NCBI GenBank assembly: GCA_043228905.1
Contig: JBHGNT010000011.1
Location: 20,522,001 to 20,586,000 of the forward strand
DNA: 64,000 nucleotides
Reading direction: 5' to 3'
Source of the DNA: Azolla caroliniana
Taxonomy: Eukaryota; Plantae; Polypodiophyta
Made by a program: the position numbers and the translations under genes. A model generated the notes under the pieces. It did not search any database. It worked only from the letters and a program-made list of their open reading frames with translations, and was not told the origin of the DNA. This document shows positions 12,401 through 26,370 of this stretch, piece by piece (within the stretch, counting starts at the first letter, position 1; every line of letters starts with the position of its first letter).

Positions 12401-15400
12401 AAGCTAACTTCTAATGTTTGCATCTCAGGAAGTTAGTAACTCAAGTAGAATAAAGTTTGATGAGGCTGAGGCGTTGACATTTGAGATGAAAAAGGTTCAG
12501 ACATGGTTATCTAAATGTACAGTAAAATTGGTGGGCCAGCCAGACTTTCTTACTACTCCTCTGACAGAGATTCTTGTAAAGGTGTGATCTAATGAAATAG
12601 GTTATTTCATGATTTATGTTGTGCTTGTTATGGATAAGTTTTCTTAACAATTTGTTTTCAGGTGCAAACATCAGTAGATAATGCTTTGCACCAACTAAAG
12701 AAAAAAACATATATCGAAGGGCACTATTCTTACTCAGAAGGAGAAGATTTGTGCCATCTATGCAAGAAACATGTCGACTGTACAAGCAGTAGCCTAATGG
12801 CATGTGATAATTGCAGTGATAGGTATGCATCCAGTGTTGAATGTGCTGTTGAAAAATGTAGAAATAAGCGCTTATACATGTTGCTTCTGATACAGATACC
12901 ACAGGTCATGTTTAGGATTGGATCATTGTGAAGACTGGCCACAAGAACATTTCGTTTGCTCTTTTTGTAATGCCTTCACAGCAGGAATCTTGTGGTTGGA
13001 TGAAGATGTTCTGTCAAAGGTATGTTTGTGGGCTAAAGGGTTAATGTATTTTTAGCATGGTTTCGACGTGCACACATAAAGATCATCGTGTTCACATATT
13101 CATATGGAGGTACATACATGCTGTAGTATGCAAACTTAATTCACCAATGAATGATAGTTGTTTGTGGGCTGTTTTGTGTCTTCAGATATGCATCACTAAA
13201 AGACCAACAATGAATGCCTTAAAAGAACTTTTACAGTCTGCTGAAGGCATTCAATTCAGGTATCTTGCAGTTTGCATTTTTTACTCTATTAGTGTTAGTA
13301 AAAATGCTTTTATATTCAGCTCAGGGAATGTTATGCTTTTTAACTGCTATTGGTACCCACTAGGCTCTCCAAATTTATTTAGAAGTCAATATATTATTTA
13401 CTTGAAAGCTTAAAAGAAGGCTATGGTATGATGGAGCTAGCAACAATGCTTGAGGTAAAATACAAATTTAAAGGACAGAATGATACAAATCACCATAATA
13501 AAACCTTCAATGAGAGGACAGAAATCAGAGAGAGGAGGGGGTTTGTAATTCCAATAGGATGCCTGTCTTTCATGCTGAAAAATATGCTGCTGGGTTAATA
13601 AATTTGTAACTACTACGAACTATCACGTGTGAGCCACTCACACAGCTATGAAAGTGATCTCATTGGAGGAGGGGGTTTGTAAATCCCAATAGGATGCCTG
13701 TCTTTCATGCTGAAAAATATGCTGCTGGGTTATTAAATTTGTAACTAGTACGAACTATCACGTGTGAGCCACGCACACAGCTATGAAAGTGATCTCATAG
13801 GCCTCTATGGGCGTGAACTGTTTGAGGAAGGATCCAACCCCCCCCCCCCCATCTAGGATAGATTGCTCCACATAAGAAACTGATTTTCAACTCCTCCAGC
13901 AAGTCATTAGGGTCATGAAATATACCAATGCGTCAATGGTGACTGTGACGTGTGAACCGTGTGTCACATAATATGCGATTTTTTATTATCAAGAACTATT
14001 GTGTTTGATTCAAGTGCATTCTGATGCTTTCTTTGGCAGAATGAGAGAAGCAGAATTGCTCGAAGCAATAATATCCAGTGTACAAGAGTGGGAAAATTGT
14101 TTACAGAAATTATTAGAGCCAATTTTGCGCTCACATACCAACCAGAAGTATTCTTCATCGTCCTTGTTATCTGCTTTGAAGGTGAAATATTTAGCCAAAT
14201 TATTCTATATTAGTCGTAAAATTAGCATATCCTGCAAGAAGATCAATAATGGTGAATTTGGATAAACAGATAGCAGGAACCATGGAAATCCAACAAGATG
14301 AAAATTGTCAACTGGCTCTTGCTCTCTCTGTGAACGCATGGCGAATGCAAGCAACAAGTATTATGGAAAGCTCGACTAAGCCTTCCTATCGAACTGTCTG
14401 TCGAGCCTTGAAAGAGGTAAAATTGAATGATGACTGTGTAACAGTTCGATGGCACCAGAATAGATTCTCATAAATCATATTTCATTAGTCATGCATATAA
14501 GTATTGACATTTACGACTTTGTTCTTGCTTATATCAGGGCTTAGCTATACCTTTTCTATCACATGACTGTGTGCTGAAGGATTTAAAAACATGGGAAACA
14601 ATGGCTTCTGTGTGGCTCAGTGAAACAAAAATGGTGATAATCCCTGACTATTCTTAACTGTTCTCTAATTTGATAACAATAAAATACTTTAACGGTGAAT
14701 GTTTTCAGGCCATAGAAGACGATGGTACTACTCCGCTCGAGGATGTTCAGAAACTCATATTGGAGGGTGAACAGCTTCCTATTGCTTTCAGTAAAGAGAT
14801 TGAGGTATTAATGTCACTGTGATGATCATTAAATCAAGTTTATCTGAATGATTATTTCATGTGGTGAGACAGAAATTATTTATGGTATTTTTGCAGGATT
14901 TAAGATCAAGGACTGTCCTATATTGCATTTGTAGGAAACCATATGATAAAGAAAGGGCAATGATAGCTTGTGATTCGTGTAGTGAATGGTATCACTCTGA
15001 TTGTGTGACCCTTCCAGAGCCTGATAGCTGTGATGATGAATCTCCTGATATGGTTCAGAAGTTTGGATCAGCAGGAGAGTTCCTTTGTCCAAATTGTAAA
15101 CCGGACGAGAGTCCTGATTTTCTGTTGAAGAAAAGGTATGTTAAAAATTTGTCTAGCTTCATTTTTTTGCCTAGTTTGTGTTTGTCATGCTTCCTGATTG
15201 ATTTTGCTTTATCTCACATTAATATATGTTCTGTATGTAGATAAGAAATTCAAATATCTTGTCTAGTTTTTATATTTTACTTTATATCGCATATTTAACA
15301 GAAGCTTGCAAAATGGTTATGTAATGTAAATGTCTTTTTTCTAGTTTAAATTTATTTATTTTTACTTTGCCTCATGTTTTCATTGAATGAAATATAGAAA

Positions 15401-15685
15401 AATCGTTTGTGTAGTTCTCGCAAAGATCGAGGTTCGGTATCTTCCCAACCTTTCTGGTATGGAAGAGGTAAGAGAAGCAGTAGAATGGCAGTAAGAGTAA
15501 GAAAGGGAGATTTGCAAGAAAGATGGAAGAGTCAGAAGGTAATGCATTGTTCAAAGTCTATTGAAAAAGGGTCAGATTCTAACACTAATCAGACAGTCGT
15601 GAGCCCAAGTGGTAGGCCATGTCGAAGAACAGCTGGCCAGAATAGCAGGTTTGAAAGCTTTGTCTTGCTTATGCATTCTGGTTAA
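3470..15685 (+). CDS. JMJ17: KDM5/JARID1-family histone H3K4 demethylase (JMJ17-type): JmjN-ARID-PHD-JmjC-C5HC2-PLU1-like helical region-PHD-PHD; about 33 coding exons
   Basis: Exon 1 (3470-4824) has JmjN (EAPVYYPTEEEFRDPL...GICRIVPP), ARID (LDLCTLFGAVKRHGG), PHD (CEQC...CDRCNRGWHLYC...WYCFDC) and the JmjC start (FCWHYED). Further GT-AG exons begin at about 5820, 5999, 7363 (ITFPRSYHGGFNH), 7569 (FNCAEAVNFA), 7831, 8090 (C5HC2), 8251, 8526, 8749, 9027, 9262, 9436, 9637, 9835, 10126, 10270, 10902, 11119, 11351, 11796, 12107, 12264, 12429, 12662 and 12896 (PHD2), 13186, 14040, 14270, 14538, 14709, 14897 (PHD3 YCICRKPYD...CDSCSEWYHSDC) and 15415, ending at TAA 15685. Phases were compatible by hand. 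The Fe(II) ligands H-x-E...H are intact. Confidence 0.93.
13532..13798. repeat. Tandem duplication of about 133 bp in a KDM5 intron
   Basis: GAGGAGGGGGTTTGTAA...GAAAGTGATCTCAT at 13532-13663 and 13666-13798, with only a few differences. Confidence 0.92.
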
Positions 15686-17640
15686 GACATATATGTATTT
15701 ATACATATACATATATGTGCCTATTATATATTATATAATATGCACATTTGAATGCAAAATGGTTGATTTTCTGTGGGAACAAAAGAAGAAGAAAAGTTTG
15801 ATTTGCTCCCATTTGCTTAGCATTTGATTCATATGAGCAAATGTCATTTGCTCTGTTTCTCAGCCTTCGTAATACTTTTTTTGAGATGATGTACACTGTC
15901 AATCTAGTGGAAGTTGCGGTAGAAATTTCATCCTGATCTTTTGTGGAGAGCTCAAACCACATTTGAAGTGAAGATTTCTTCAATGTCTTGACTCTAGGAT
16001 TTGGAAGTTGGCTAGTTTTCTTTTTTCTTTTTTAATCCTTAGAAACTTTGTATTGAGCCAATGTCTCTTTCAAAAGTTTTTTTTCATTATATATATATAT
16101 ATATATGTATGTAATATATAATATGTATATTGCTGAAAAGCAAATTTTGTAGAGTTCTGCCCATGAATCAGAAGCTGTACGAAAAAACTTCTGTTCTTGG
16201 AAGAAACAGATGATGACATGGAAAACTTTATTATTGTGAAGAACTCTCCATTGAAGGAGGTCCTCTGGACCCAGCAAAGGCAAAAATTTATGTATTGTAG
16301 TATAATACTACATAAATTCATTGATTATATTGTCAAGGCTTGTGTATTGATGATTGTATTTTCAAACCTTCCACAATGAGAAGATAAGAAATCGTGATGT
16401 GATGCAATACTTTTTCAAAGTTTTGTTTCTAGCAAAACTGTGGGACAAACCTCGTATATGAAGAAAACATAAAGAAACAAGATATAGGTGCATATTATTT
16501 TTACGAACTTTATTTTGTTGTTCTTTTAGAGTTTTGTTTCTACCAAAAACCAGGACACACTCCTTGTATAGCCATTGTCATCACTATGAAGTTAGAATGA
16601 AGAACCAAATTGTGTTTGCATAGTTTTCTTACGAATTTTTTGTTGCAATATTGAATCGCTATAGGAGGCTTAATAGGAGTGCTATGTCTAGCAGCCAATT
16701 CATATTGATAAGTCTTTTTAACAAATTTATTTGATTAAAGTATCCAATGTGATGTACACAATCAAATTTTGGAAATATTGCCTTATTGCAAATCACATAC
16801 GTATTTGGATCATCCAAATCTTTTCTCTTTATATGGAGGTGATCCATTGTGTTAAAGCTATTGTTTTGCAAATTGCCTACTCATGAGCTGTTCATGAATT
16901 TTGCATGTTGGCCAAGATATCTCTTTCTTAGATTAATTTATTTGCTAAAATAACAAGGTAAAATTGCCCCTAACCAATGAAGTTTAGTTAACCTACTCAT
17001 CTACGGCTACTTAGCAACCAATGGATTTGTAACTTGTATACCCATGGAACTACTAAATATGCTGGAGTGTGGAAAACCAGGGGTGTTTTGTAACTTTTGG
17101 AAATTGTGAGGTATGTTGGTTGGTATCATGTATGGGAAAAGTTAAGTATCAGCACTACTTCGGTTTGAGCGGCATATCTTAATGCTTTTAATGCAAACAT
17201 CTTCTTGAGTGGAATGGTTCAAAATTCCACTCTTTCAAGTAATCATAGAAGTGTCGTATTGAATGATACATTCATGAAACTTTCGCTCTTGTCTAAAATT
17301 CCTTGTATTGTCACTTTACAATCATGAAACTTCTTTTAAATCAACCAAACAAAATGTTAAGGCAGGTGGATGCATTATGACACATTATGACAAAATGTTA
17401 TGCCGTGCCCACTGCCAACCACCAATACATTTTACTTGTACTCCTACCCAAATTTATCAATACCTCAGTAATGGTAAGAATTCACCAAGAGACTGAAGAA
17501 AATCCCCATTTCCCTTTATTAAAAGTCAATCGGTACTTAATTAGAATAATATAGTAATGTGTTGTTGCCTCTTGCAAAGGTTGATTAATAAGTAAAATCA
17601 TTGAATTAATCATTGATGCCCAATTGTTGTTTCACAAGCA

Positions 17641-18200
17641 TAACTTGGAGGAAAATGAGCAGAAATATATAAACCTAGTGGTTATGTGTGTTATATTATT
17701 CTTAATGATATTTTGTGCACGAATTTGTATTCAATTATGTTAATTTGGTTATTAATTTGTCTCAATAAGGAGTTACAATGCATTCATTGCCACTAAATTG
17801 CACTAATTTGACACTACATAGATTTTTGAGAAAAAGAGAGGAATACTTGAATTTCCCTTATTATAATGAAAACTAGAATTGTGTTAACGAAAAATATTTC
17901 AAGTTTACATCACCATTGTATTTGATTTCAAGTTAACTTGGAGGGAAATGAGTATAAATATACATGAACATTGGTCAAATGTGTTAATTTTACTCTTAAT
18001 GATTTTTTGTGCTCTAATCTATGTTCAATTATGTCAATTTGGTTATTAATAGTCTCAACAAGGAGTCATAACACATTCATTGCCATTAAATTGCACTAAT
18101 GAGAAAAAGAGTGGAATACTTGAAATTACCTTATTGTAATGAAAACTAGAATTGTGTTAGCAAAAAATTATTTCAAGTTTACATCACCATTGCATTTGAT
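17641..18200. repeat. Diverged tandem duplication, period about 293 bp
   Basis: TAACTTGGAGG...TTTCAAGTTTACATCACCATTG(T/C)ATTTGATT at 17641-17927 and 17934-18200. The second copy lacks about 20 bp. Confidence 0.88.
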
Positions 18201-20441
18201 TGTGTCATGAACTTTAAACATCAAAGTAGATATGCAATTGAATGTTTTACATGTGAATGTGTGTTGATTGTGATATTGAAGATGCTTTAGTGTATCACAC
18301 TCTGAGCCTTCTTAGAATCTCCCACTTGATCTTAGTAGGCATCAAAATTTGTGACTTGTTACCTCAACAATTTCATGAATCGATCATGTGAGAGAACTTA
18401 CTTTTAATTAAAGGTGAGTCAACTTTCTAAGCACTAAACTTTTTGTGGTGGTGTCTTTTTTATCAACATCTTTTTAGTGGACGCAAATTGTTCCTATATA
18501 ATTGCCTCATAGAATTTGCACGAGTTGCAAGTCTTTGCCTATTCACATGTGTGCACGTAGGTATAACTAAAATCAACTAAGAAAAGTGAGGGCCTACCAC
18601 AAGTTCTCCTTTAGGGCACCACATGCCTCGATAAGAGTAGGGAATCTGAGTTTATAATGTGGAAATATGTTAAGGTATCCCTTCTTTAAACAACAAATAT
18701 AGATTTTTATTTTCTTTTAAACAAGCATTTCATTTCATCTTCACAATGAAAAACATGAAGGCAATTCTTCTTCTCCATGTAAGTGATTGGACTCAAGAAT
18801 GATAGCAAGGAAATTGTCAATTTAATGAATTTAATCATATGTAAGTGTCTACTATTTTCTAATGGTTGAAATGCAAGTATCTACTCAATCTATATAAACT
18901 AGTAATAACATCATTGATTAACAATGTTGTATTTATATAAGGAAATACTTGATAGGTAGCAATTAACAAAGGGATGGAAATGGGTCAACTAAATATAAAC
19001 CTTATATATTATACATTTTGAACAACTAAACATTTCCAAGGTGATTGGTGCCAAACAAATTGAGACAACGTGTGCTAAAACACAATTTGGGGGTATTTTT
19101 TGGATATGTCAGTGAGAAAGTATAGCTACATAGCAATATATATATATATATATATAAGTGTGATCATGGAAAGGTAAAACTAGCCTTGGTCAAGTTTAGA
19201 TCAAGGGTCCCGTGCCACAAGTAACAATAAACAATAACCATATGGTGCACAATGATTAGATCGAAAGGGTGGGGGGGTTATGTCATCCATAAATGTGGTA
19301 TGTAGCACATGGGCTCAACAGAAGGGAAGTTTTTAAGTTCTATAGTTCTATAGTTCCATTTTTCTAAGGGTGCAATTGAAAGGGAGTATTCACATATTGA
19401 ATACAGACATGATGTATTTTATCCATACAAAATTGAAAGATAAGGGATTTCTTTAATCGAAGCCTTGAATGCATGTTATGTAGAAGGCATATGTATTTAT
19501 ATATATATGTATAATATATTTGAACTCCCATACACAGTATGTAGTCTAATAGTGTTGGTGTAGATGACAATTCATACACACTTTCATTATTGTAATAAGT
19601 CGAATGATTTGATCACTCAATATTTATAATGATGACATCAAGTATATTGTAATGAAAATGTTCTTGAGTATATGTTTAGTGTCAAAGAGATGTGAATTTC
19701 AAGCTACGTAATATGCCACAAAAAAAAGTAAATGCCCCACACAATGTGCTACGAAATAATAGTGAAGAAGGGTCATGTACCATCTACTATGTGATTGAGT
19801 GTGTACATTTGTGTGCATGCCTACATTGCACAATAGCATCAAAGCTAGAAGTCCCTTGCATCCCCCTAAACAAAATTAAAAGGCATTAAATAACTCATGG
19901 ATTCATGCTTATAAACGACAGAGAACATATACAATGACACGCGTATGTTGTGAACTAAATTGATAAGTTGAATTGAAAGCATTAGATTTTGCCTTCTTCT
20001 TTCAAATTTTATCAAGATGTGTTGAAAATCGATGTTTGAAGAAAAACGAAGATGAGAGAGAAGGCCTACTTGAAGTAGGTAATGGAACCGCAAAGGTGCT
20101 TGTTTTCAATATATTGTGGACGGATTTTACTTTTATTAGTACCTCTACGAGACAACCCATAGTTTTTTATTATTAAGGGGGGCCCCCACCCCAACTAGAC
20201 TATTTTGCTAGAATTCAAAAAGCAAACACACTTGATGTGGGAGATTCCGAAATATCTTTTGAAATCTTGCACTTTATTCATAATAACAAGTTACAACACA
20301 ATAGTCACAAAGAATGGGGTTAGTTTGTGTGTGATTTTTCGCTTTTGTTGCTTTGTTCTTGTGGCAGTTTTGCAATCATGTAAGCAAAAAAAAGTGTAGG
20401 CCACTCTTGCTCGATCTCTATAAAGAGGAAAAGTTCCCAAC

Positions 20442-20481
<40 letters not shown>

Positions 20482-21692
20482 AAAAAAAGAACACACACAC
20501 AATCACACAATTAAGTAATGATAAATTGGCCAAATTTTCAAACTAGTTGCATTTGCCCTCAAGTGTCTATCGCTTGTGGGTCTATAGAACAAAATAAAAA
20601 TATCAAGCTTTTCTTTGTGCATGGTACCCTGGTTTACATACATGTCTCTCAATTTCTTGCCATCTCGTTCATTGTTTTTAAAACAACTAATTATAAATAT
20701 TAGTAGTTGTCAAAAATATGTATTACAAGTAGCTCAACATTATGCGACTATGGAACCATGGTGGGGGTACATAGTCTCTAGCACATGAGGGAAGACCTGA
20801 CGTGATGTGTACCTTCACTAAAGTGCTCGTGTTAGGTTTCTAATGACTAATCCATGGAATAAAGCTTAAAGATGTTAATATTTGTGTGAGGTCGAATTTT
20901 ATCAATTATGAATGTTGGATTAAAGTAAGTTACAAGAATGGAAAGCACTTTCAACGATACTCAAATTTTCCGAATCACATTTTACCACTCTTTTATCATA
21001 TCCTCTTCTCGATTTGTACATTCCATCAACAATCTTGGGCATCTCTTGATGATTTTTCGTTTCTTTAACTCATCCTTCAACACACCTTGCAAAATCTTGT
21101 TAGCTCGAACATATTCGTTTACCATTAATCGGGTTTACGACGCAGGATCATGCATAGACTTCATTAAATCGTAAAAACATACGTCACTCATGTGATCGTT
21201 TTAACACAATTATTACGTGGTGCCGAGTTAAGGGAGAGTTATCAAGTTTTGACCTTTTTAGAGAATGCATGGTCTGGTTTCTTCTATATTATTATGAGGA
21301 CATAAGAGTTTATAGAACAACAAGACCTAACCGAATTTACGGCTTCAACATTTTACTTAATCTAGAAAGAGCGAGAATGAGGTAATATAGAGGATTGCAA
21401 GAGGAACAAGATACCATCGATTGATGACAATGGATGTTATGTTCAGGGATAGAGAGAGAGAGAGAGAAAGAGAGAGAATCTCGAGCAGTATAGTTGTCCG
21501 AGGTGGCGAGGATGAGCATGGGGTGGCCACCATGTATTTGAATGCTTGACATGTGAACCACTACGCTTTGTCGTTAAATGTATATATATAAAAAAGGGAG
21601 AAACATATACGAGTGAGTGTTACATGGTCAAATGCGGGGACGATGGATCGAATGAATGGTCGAGCGGAGCCCAATGGACGGTTCAAGGGCCC

Positions 21693-21726
<34 letters not shown>

Positions 21727-21984
21727 AGTGTTGTCTCCCTAAAGGAAGTGTGAAATCATGGGAGACCTACAAGTGTGGAATAATTGAGCGAGGGAGGAAA
21801 AGATCAGAGAGAGTTTGACGGACGTTAAATCTAACGGAGAGGGCGATGGTGATCCTATTAAAAAGAGAGTGAAGAGTGAGACTGACAGTCTGAGACAGAG
21901 AGAAAGAGACAGAGAGAGAGAGAGAGGCTCCCCTTCCTCTTTCTTCTTCACCTGATACTCAGAAAGAAACACAGAGTGAGAGAG

Positions 21985-23460
21985 ATGTGTGGAGGTGTGA
22001 GATACAACAATCTTAGTCCTGCTACTGATGCTGCTGCTGCTGCTGTTCATGATGATAATCAGAAGATTCATAACAGATGGATCCATGATAATGGTGAGGA
22101 TGGTGATGATCTCCTCCTCCTAATTCCGCCGCCTCCATGTCCGGCCCCCAAATCTTGCAGCCCTGTGGGCCTTAGCATCATCGTCGTGGATCCTCCCAGT
22201 GAAGAAGACGAGAACAGAAGCGTAGGCCATCATGAGGCCTCCTCCTTAGCAGGAGCTCTTCGTCGCCCTTCCCTCACTGACGATGTGCTCACCCGAGACA
22301 AATTGGTTGCGGTAGTAGGGATGAGCATGGCCCCACAGGGGGCTGCCGCCTCATCCTACGCACCTCCTGCAGGAGCACCTCATACTCAGGATATGGCGGA
22401 TCAAGCCAAGGCACCTCCTGCTGGAATTGGAGGAGGAGGTGCCGGGGCCGGGGCCGGCAGGCCGGCAGGTGTTGGCCGGCACGGGGGCCGGCCGGTCATT
22501 GGAGATGGAGGTAGAGCCCGCAGACACTCACACGGCCATGAAGGAGGGGCAGCAGCCCGGTGCCGCTCCATCTTCTTCACCGCGGCATCTCCGCCTCCTC
22601 CGCCCATCGCCTTCCCCCGCCCGATGGCCCGTAGCCATTCGTTGCCGGCCAGCTTCGGCGAATGCTTCTGGTGCACCCGGCCCCTTACCCCCCACACTGA
22701 CCTCTACATGTATAGGTAACCAACCAAATCCCCTCGTGTGTGTTTTTCGGGTCATTTCGTTGTTGTCGGGTTTTCCATTTGGAACCTACCTATACGCATC
22801 GCTTCTTACCCTACCTAACTAAGGTCCGGCACGATCGTTTTGAGCTTCGTTCTTCGTACATGTGTTTGCACAGCTTCGCATCACTCACTACCTAGGTGTG
22901 GTCCAAGGAACCCTAGGACATACACGACTTACTCGAGCTCCATCACATTTACTAGCTAGCTAGCGAGGATCTGCATACCTGACTAGGTAGAGTTTTTAAG
23001 GGATACACACACACACAAAGTTTTCCTAGTAGAGTAAGACCTCTTCATGCTTAGAAACCTAATCTCCATTCATCTTATTCTCTGATGCGTCAATCCTTGT
23101 GCTGGATCGATATTGTCTTACACTTGCACGATATGTTATAGGCAATTGGAACATGGTCATTTGTCTTACTCCGGCATGTTATGTTATAGGCAATGGGAAC
23201 ATGGACATTTCGAGACTTTTAACCTCATAGTAAGGCATTCTTTTCGGAACATAAATTGATGTCAACCACATACCATTGGCCCATGAGCTTACCATTCTTA
23301 ATTTCCAATGTTTTCATATGTAAAAGCCCACAAGTACATGGACACTCAAGAGCAACTAAATGGGGTTTTGCCTATTTTGTTTGGTTTCCTTAGAGGTGGA
23401 AGGTGGCATGGTTCAATATTGTGCACACACCTCCTTCAATCGTTTTTTGAGACCAATAGC

Positions 23461-23502
<42 letters not shown>

Positions 23503-24184
23503 GCGACAAAAAGCCAAATGAAAATAATAAATTAGTTGCCTCTTTTAATGATATCCTTTTTTTTACCTCCTTCAATCGCTTTTGAGACCGATAGCCTAGG
23601 CCCTACACACACACAAGCGACGAAAAGCCAAAGGAAAATAATAAATTAGTTGCCTCTTTTAATGATATCCTTTTTTTCTTTTCTTTTTGTCATGACTTTG
23701 ATGTACAATTATTTGAGCTTTTTGTTGGGTTTCCAAAAGGAAAGTTACACATAACTTATGCTCAAAAATAGATCCTAATATATCATTATTGTGCACTTAG
23801 TAGTTGAGGGTTTGTTTACAAGGTCAAGGTAAATTATTGAACTAGATAACAAAAAAAATATCACATCAATTGGCAAACATAAGACGTACATCATTCCCTT
23901 CTCCCAAACTAAAGAGCCATAATATAAACACCTCAAACAATTTGTAATGAAATTGGATCAATATGCTTTATTTCTCGCTGCAACAATGCAATTGTTTGAC
24001 CTGACTTAATGGAAACTTTTGCAGAGGTGATCGAGCATTTTGTAGCTCTGAGTGTCGATATAAACAAATGGATGTTGATGAACAAAACGAGAGACAAACC
24101 GTCAATATAACTTGGAAACACGACCAAAGTTCTAACAATAACAAGGTTAACTACCATGCAACAACAGTTGAGATTGTTGGATGA
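21985..24184 (+). CDS. FLZ: FCS-like zinc finger (FLZ/DUF581) protein, two exons: 21985-22715 and 24025-24184
   Basis: Exon 1 ends FGECFWCTRPLTPHTDLYMY with AG|GTAAC. Exon 2 follows acceptor TTTGCAG and reads (R)GDRAFCSSECRYKQMDVDE...IVG*. This completes the CxxC...YMYRGD.AFCS.ECR motif at a phase-2 intron. Exon 2 is absent from the ORF track. Confidence 0.92.
23430..23675. repeat. Tandem duplication of about 110-135 bp around a (CA)n tract in the FLZ intron
   Basis: CCTCCTTCAATCG...(CA)n...AAGCGAC...GATATCCTTTTT occurs twice, and the CA length differs between copies. Confidence 0.88.
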
Positions 24185-24785
24185 TGGTTGTATGATCAGT
24201 TTCCAATATTTTGTTGAGCTTCAAAGATAAATGTCTAATTTTTATTGCATTATATTAACATCAAAGTTTGAAGTACATAGAAGAATCAATGGTTTTCTAT
24301 CTTCAAGTCATGTCGAGCTTCTAAGAGAGCTATGATTAAAATATCTAATGGAAGTAGGTCTAGTGGATGCATATACGAGCATCACTATTAATGTTTACAA
24401 ATTATAAATAAAAATCAAAAACTTTGATTATGTGTTCTATTCTCTAAATTTATTCCAAAACATCACGGTATTTTACATGTACATACAACTTTGTTTGCAT
24501 AAATGTTTACCCTTGATTCTCAACCAAAAAATAGATATTGGTGCTTTAAATCTTAAGCTATTAGGTTGTCTATGTAAGGCACATGGATTCAAATCCTTAT
24601 TTTCGCATATCTTTGATACACCATATATCACGTCTCTTGCACTATATGAAACAACAATTTTCCAAAAAATGACCCATGGGTCATCCAACAATTATTGCTA
24701 ATCACATGTCTCTTTCTCAAACTCTAATTATAGCTCAAATGCATTGATTAGGGAGACACAATGGTTGGAAGTGTGAAGAGTTGCA

Positions 24786-24788
<3 letters not shown>

Positions 24789-24839
<51 letters not shown>
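24789..24839. repeat. (GA)n microsatellite; others at about 20445-20478, 21696-21723 (CT) and 26320-26366
   Basis: Read directly. Confidence 0.95.
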
Positions 24840-24842
<3 letters not shown>

Positions 24843-25354
24843 AAGAGAAAGAGAGAGTTGGGGTTCCACGGAATGAAGGGCGAAAGTAGTGATTTTAGGA
24901 TAAAGAAGTGAGAGTATTCATGACTTTGGAGAAGAGAGTGCAACATGTGATTGTGCCTATAAAGAGAGAATTTGACTAAATTTGGCATATTAACATTAAT
25001 AGCATCACTTTTTTTAGGAGGGGTAAAATTGATAGTCTCAAATTTACTAGGGTATAATCAATATTAACTTTGATGGGGTGGGTAATTGTTTATATTTGGC
25101 CCATTTTCTAATCAAGTGGACCATATTGTTCTTTATCTTTATTCTTTAACTTAGACAATCATTGAGTGGTGCAACACCTTTTGCTTTATGACGTTTCAAT
25201 TGATAATTCGAATACATTATACAATACTTCATCAAGTATCACATGCTTCTAAGTTCATATCTCACATTCTAGTATAGCAAGGATATGTTAATTTCTTGAA
25301 ACTTGTGTTCCTAAATTCAATTGGTAACAACTATATTGTATACAATATATTTTA

Positions 25355-25546
25355 GGGAAAAGTACCAGGATACCCCTGGAAGTTCGTCTATTACCAGAAT
25401 GCCCCTGGAAGTTTCAAATTTACCAAACTACCCCTATATCCAAAAAAATACACTTTATAAAGTAAGTATACACTTTATAAATTTGGAACTTCTAGGGGCA
25501 TTCTGGTAAATAGAAGAACTTCCAGGGGTATCCTGGTACTTTTCCC
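25355..25546. mobile_element. Mutator-like MITE, copy 2 (internally deleted variant)
   Basis: GGGAAAAGTACCAGGATACCCCTGGAAGTTC...GAACTTCCAGGGGTATCCTGGTACTTTTCCC. Perfect 9-bp TSD TATATTTTA at 25346-25354 and 25547-25555. Confidence 0.92.
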
Positions 25547-26316
25547 TATATTTTATCAAAGATTTCACACTTTTGAGTTAATAATTCACTTTCTATTCTA
25601 ACAATATACAATGTGAAAGAATAAGCTTAGGCAAATGATTGTTTATATCATCCCAAGGTCATGAACTAGATTTCTAAAATAAAATTAATACATACAATTC
25701 TTGAGCAATGGGTTTCTTTTGTGTTTGTGCAATATCAATGAGTGAAAATGATATCTACTGCCCTTTAGAAAGACAATGCTAATAATTAGAACAATAGAAG
25801 ATAGATTAGGTGAGATTACATGTATTATGGATGATCTATTATATAAGATTTAGTCATTATGCATGTTTTTACGTTTAAGTTGTGATCGCATAGAGCTTGG
25901 GGATTGATTATACCTCGAGGCATGAACAATCAAGTCTCACAACATTATATCTTGCAAATATGTATGCTATGTAGATCATCAAACCCCATTCGAGTTTATC
26001 TCAATGATGATTATATAACCTATAAAAAATAAATTGATTCTTCTATTATTTTTGCATCATGAAAAAAAGTGTAGGATTGAATTACAATTTTAAGTTTTAA
26101 CTATATCATGCACTAAATTATTGAAGTTCTTATTGACTATTGAAGGCACCATGTTGGGAGAGAGTGAGAGAGAGAGAGCCTTACATTCCACAGTGGCATC
26201 TAGTGAATTAAGAGATATGTATGAAGTATATAATAGAGAGAAGTGAGAAATTTGGGTTTTCAACCCAAGACACGGTGCTTGTAGTGTTAACAACTTACCA
26301 CTACAGTAAGCTAATT

Positions 26317-26366
<50 letters not shown>

Positions 26367-26370
<4 letters not shown>

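Noticed and set aside
23131-23260. First AG acceptor after FLZ exon 1, with a duplicated TGTTATAGGCAAT motif, as exon 2
   Set aside because: It does not encode the FCS motif. The exon at 24025 does.
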